Shown piece after piece: positions 62,210 to 64,000 of a stretch of DNA of 64,000 nucleotides (positions are counted from its first letter, which is position 1; every line of letters starts with the position of its first letter). This DNA comes from Octopus vulgaris. Its lineage: Eukaryota. The stretch is from the NCBI GenBank assembly GCA_951406725.2, contig OX597828.1, positions 1,054,001 through 1,118,000 of the forward strand. The letters are read 5' to 3'. The notes beneath the pieces are model-generated. The model was not told the origin of the DNA. It made no database searches and saw only the letters and a list, made by a program, of their open reading frames with translations. The position numbers and the translations under genes are program-made.

Positions 62210-64000
62210 TTTTTTTTTCTCTTCCCTTGTCTCCCCCTCTTGTTACATTGTCGTCTGTCTGGACTCCTCTCTTCCTACCACCCGCCATGGCTATGCATAC
62301 TTAAGCTAGTAAACTGCCTCATTCTTGATTCCGAATTCCTTTTGCCAAGTCTGTCCGTAAACGAAGTGATCTCAAGATAAGAAATCTTTGAACTTTAATT
62401 CATCCGTATCTCTATTTATTATTATTATTTATTAATTATTATTATTCTGATCCCCCTAGTCGCCACTCTGTTTACTATTTCAGCCTCGCCTCGTTTTGCA
62501 TATTCTGTATAATTCACTAGTTATCGTTATAGATATTTTAAGATCTATCTCCCTTATAGAAATTGGCTGCCGATTCTTCACGGGGTTTTCTCTTCCCTTC
62601 TCTCCCCCTCTTGTTACATTGTCGTCTGTCTGGACTCCTCTCTTCCTACCACCCGCCATGGCTATGCATACTTAAGCTAGTAAACTGCCTCATTCTTGAT
62701 TCCGAATTCCTTTTGCCAAGTCTGTCCGTAAACGAAGTGATCTCAAGATAAGAAATCTTTGAACTTTAATTCATCCGTATCTCTATTTATTATTATTATT
62801 TATTAATTATTATTATTCTGATCCCCCTAGTCGCCACTCTGTTTACTATTTCAGCCTCGCCTCGTTTTGCATATTCTGTATAATTCACTAGTTATCGTTA
62901 TAGATATTTTAAGATCTATCTCCCTTATAGAAATTGGCTGCCGATTCTTCACGGGGTTTTTTCTCTTCCCTTCTCTCCCCCTCTTGTTACATTGTCGTCT
63001 GTCTGGACTCCTCTCTTCCTACCACCCGCCATGGCTATGCATACTTAAGCTAGTAAACTGCCTCATTCTTGATTCCGAATTCCTTTTGCCAAGTCTGTCC
63101 GTAAACGAAGTGATCTCAAGATAAGAAATCTTTGAACTTTAATTCATCCGTATCTCTATTTATTATTATTATTTATTAATTATTATTATTCTGATCCCCC
63201 TAGTCGCCACTCTGTTTACTATTTCAGCCTCGCCTCGTTTTGCATATTCTGTATAATTCACTAGTTATCGTTATAGATATTTTAAGATCTATCTCCCTTA
63301 TAGAAATTGGCTGCCGATTCTTCACGGGGTTTTTCTCTTCCCTTCTCTCCCCTCTTGTTACATTGTCGTCTGTCTGGACTCCTCTCTTCCTACCACCCGC
63401 CATGGCTATGCATACTTAAGCTAGTAAACTGCCTCATTCTTGATTCCGAATTCCTTTTGCCAAGTCTGTCCGTAAACGAAGTGATCTCAAGATAAGAAAT
63501 CTTTGAACTTTAATTCATCCGTATCTCTATTTATTATTATTATTTATTAATTATTATTATTCTGATCCCCCTAGTCGCCACTCTGTTTACTATTTCAGCC
63601 TCGCCTCGTTTTGCATATTCTGTATAATTCACTAGTTATCGTTATAGATATTTTAAGATCTATCTCCCTTATAGAAATTGGCTGCCGATTCTTCACGGGG
63701 TTTTTTCTCTTCCCTTCTCTCCCCCTCTTGTTACATTGTCGTCTGTCTGGACTCCTCTCTTCCTACCACCCGCCATGGCTATGCATACTTAAGCTAGTAA
63801 ACTGCCTCATTCTTGATTCCGAATTCCTTTTGCCAAGTCTGTCCGTAAACGAAGTGATCTCAAGATAAGAAATCTTTGAACTTTAATTCATCCGTATCTC
63901 TATTTATTATTATTATTTATTAATTATTATTATTCTGATCCCCCTAGTCGCCACTCTGTTTACTATTTCAGCCTCGCCTCGTTTTGCATATTCTGTATAA
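62210..64000. repeat. Tandem array of a ~372-bp unit, at least 4.8 copies, running off the window
   Basis: Equivalent stops at 62380, 62751, 63124, 63495, 63868; units differ almost only in homopolymer lengths. Confidence 0.97.

Noticed and set aside
62563-63868. Repeated 62-85 aa ORFs and an apparent 744-bp higher-order period in the tandem array
   Set aside because: ORFs start at TTG, have no recognisable domain and change frame with homopolymer length; the 371/373 alternation comes from different homopolymer indels, possibly sequencing error.

Overview
Eukaryotic, AT-rich, microsatellite- and transposon-dense DNA. The tRNA-SINE, RTE and (TA)n content is most consistent with an octopus/coleoid cephalopod (inference). 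One host gene is present, and the ORF track captures it only in fragments: four short minus-strand coding exons (49433-49548, 22870-22985, 8471-8558, 656-803; 468 nt, GT-AG, phases consistent) encoding the N-terminal SPRY domain of a SPRYD3 orthologue, which continues off the left edge. Most of the remainder is intronic transposon debris: a Merlin element hosting a full-length Mag-type Gypsy (218-bp LTRs, 5-bp TSD), mariner/maT/Tc1 elements, Helitrons, CR1 and many RTE LINEs, and several SINE families. Most interesting: (1) a Penelope-like family whose 3' pseudo-LTR carries a tRNA-derived Pol III A/B-box head followed by a minimal hammerhead ribozyme, also found as short head-to-head inverted insertions with TSD and 3' tail; (2) a second hammerhead-bearing fold-back family in (TA)n tracts; (3) a circularly permuted single-LTR CsRn1-type Gypsy with its integrase core deleted; (4) RTE LINEs with an internal PHD finger or a C-terminal triple C2H2 array; (5) local templated insertions, near-perfect hairpins and an almost invariant ~372-bp tandem array at the right edge. 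All alignments and folds were done by eye; element boundaries without TSD/TIR support are approximate.
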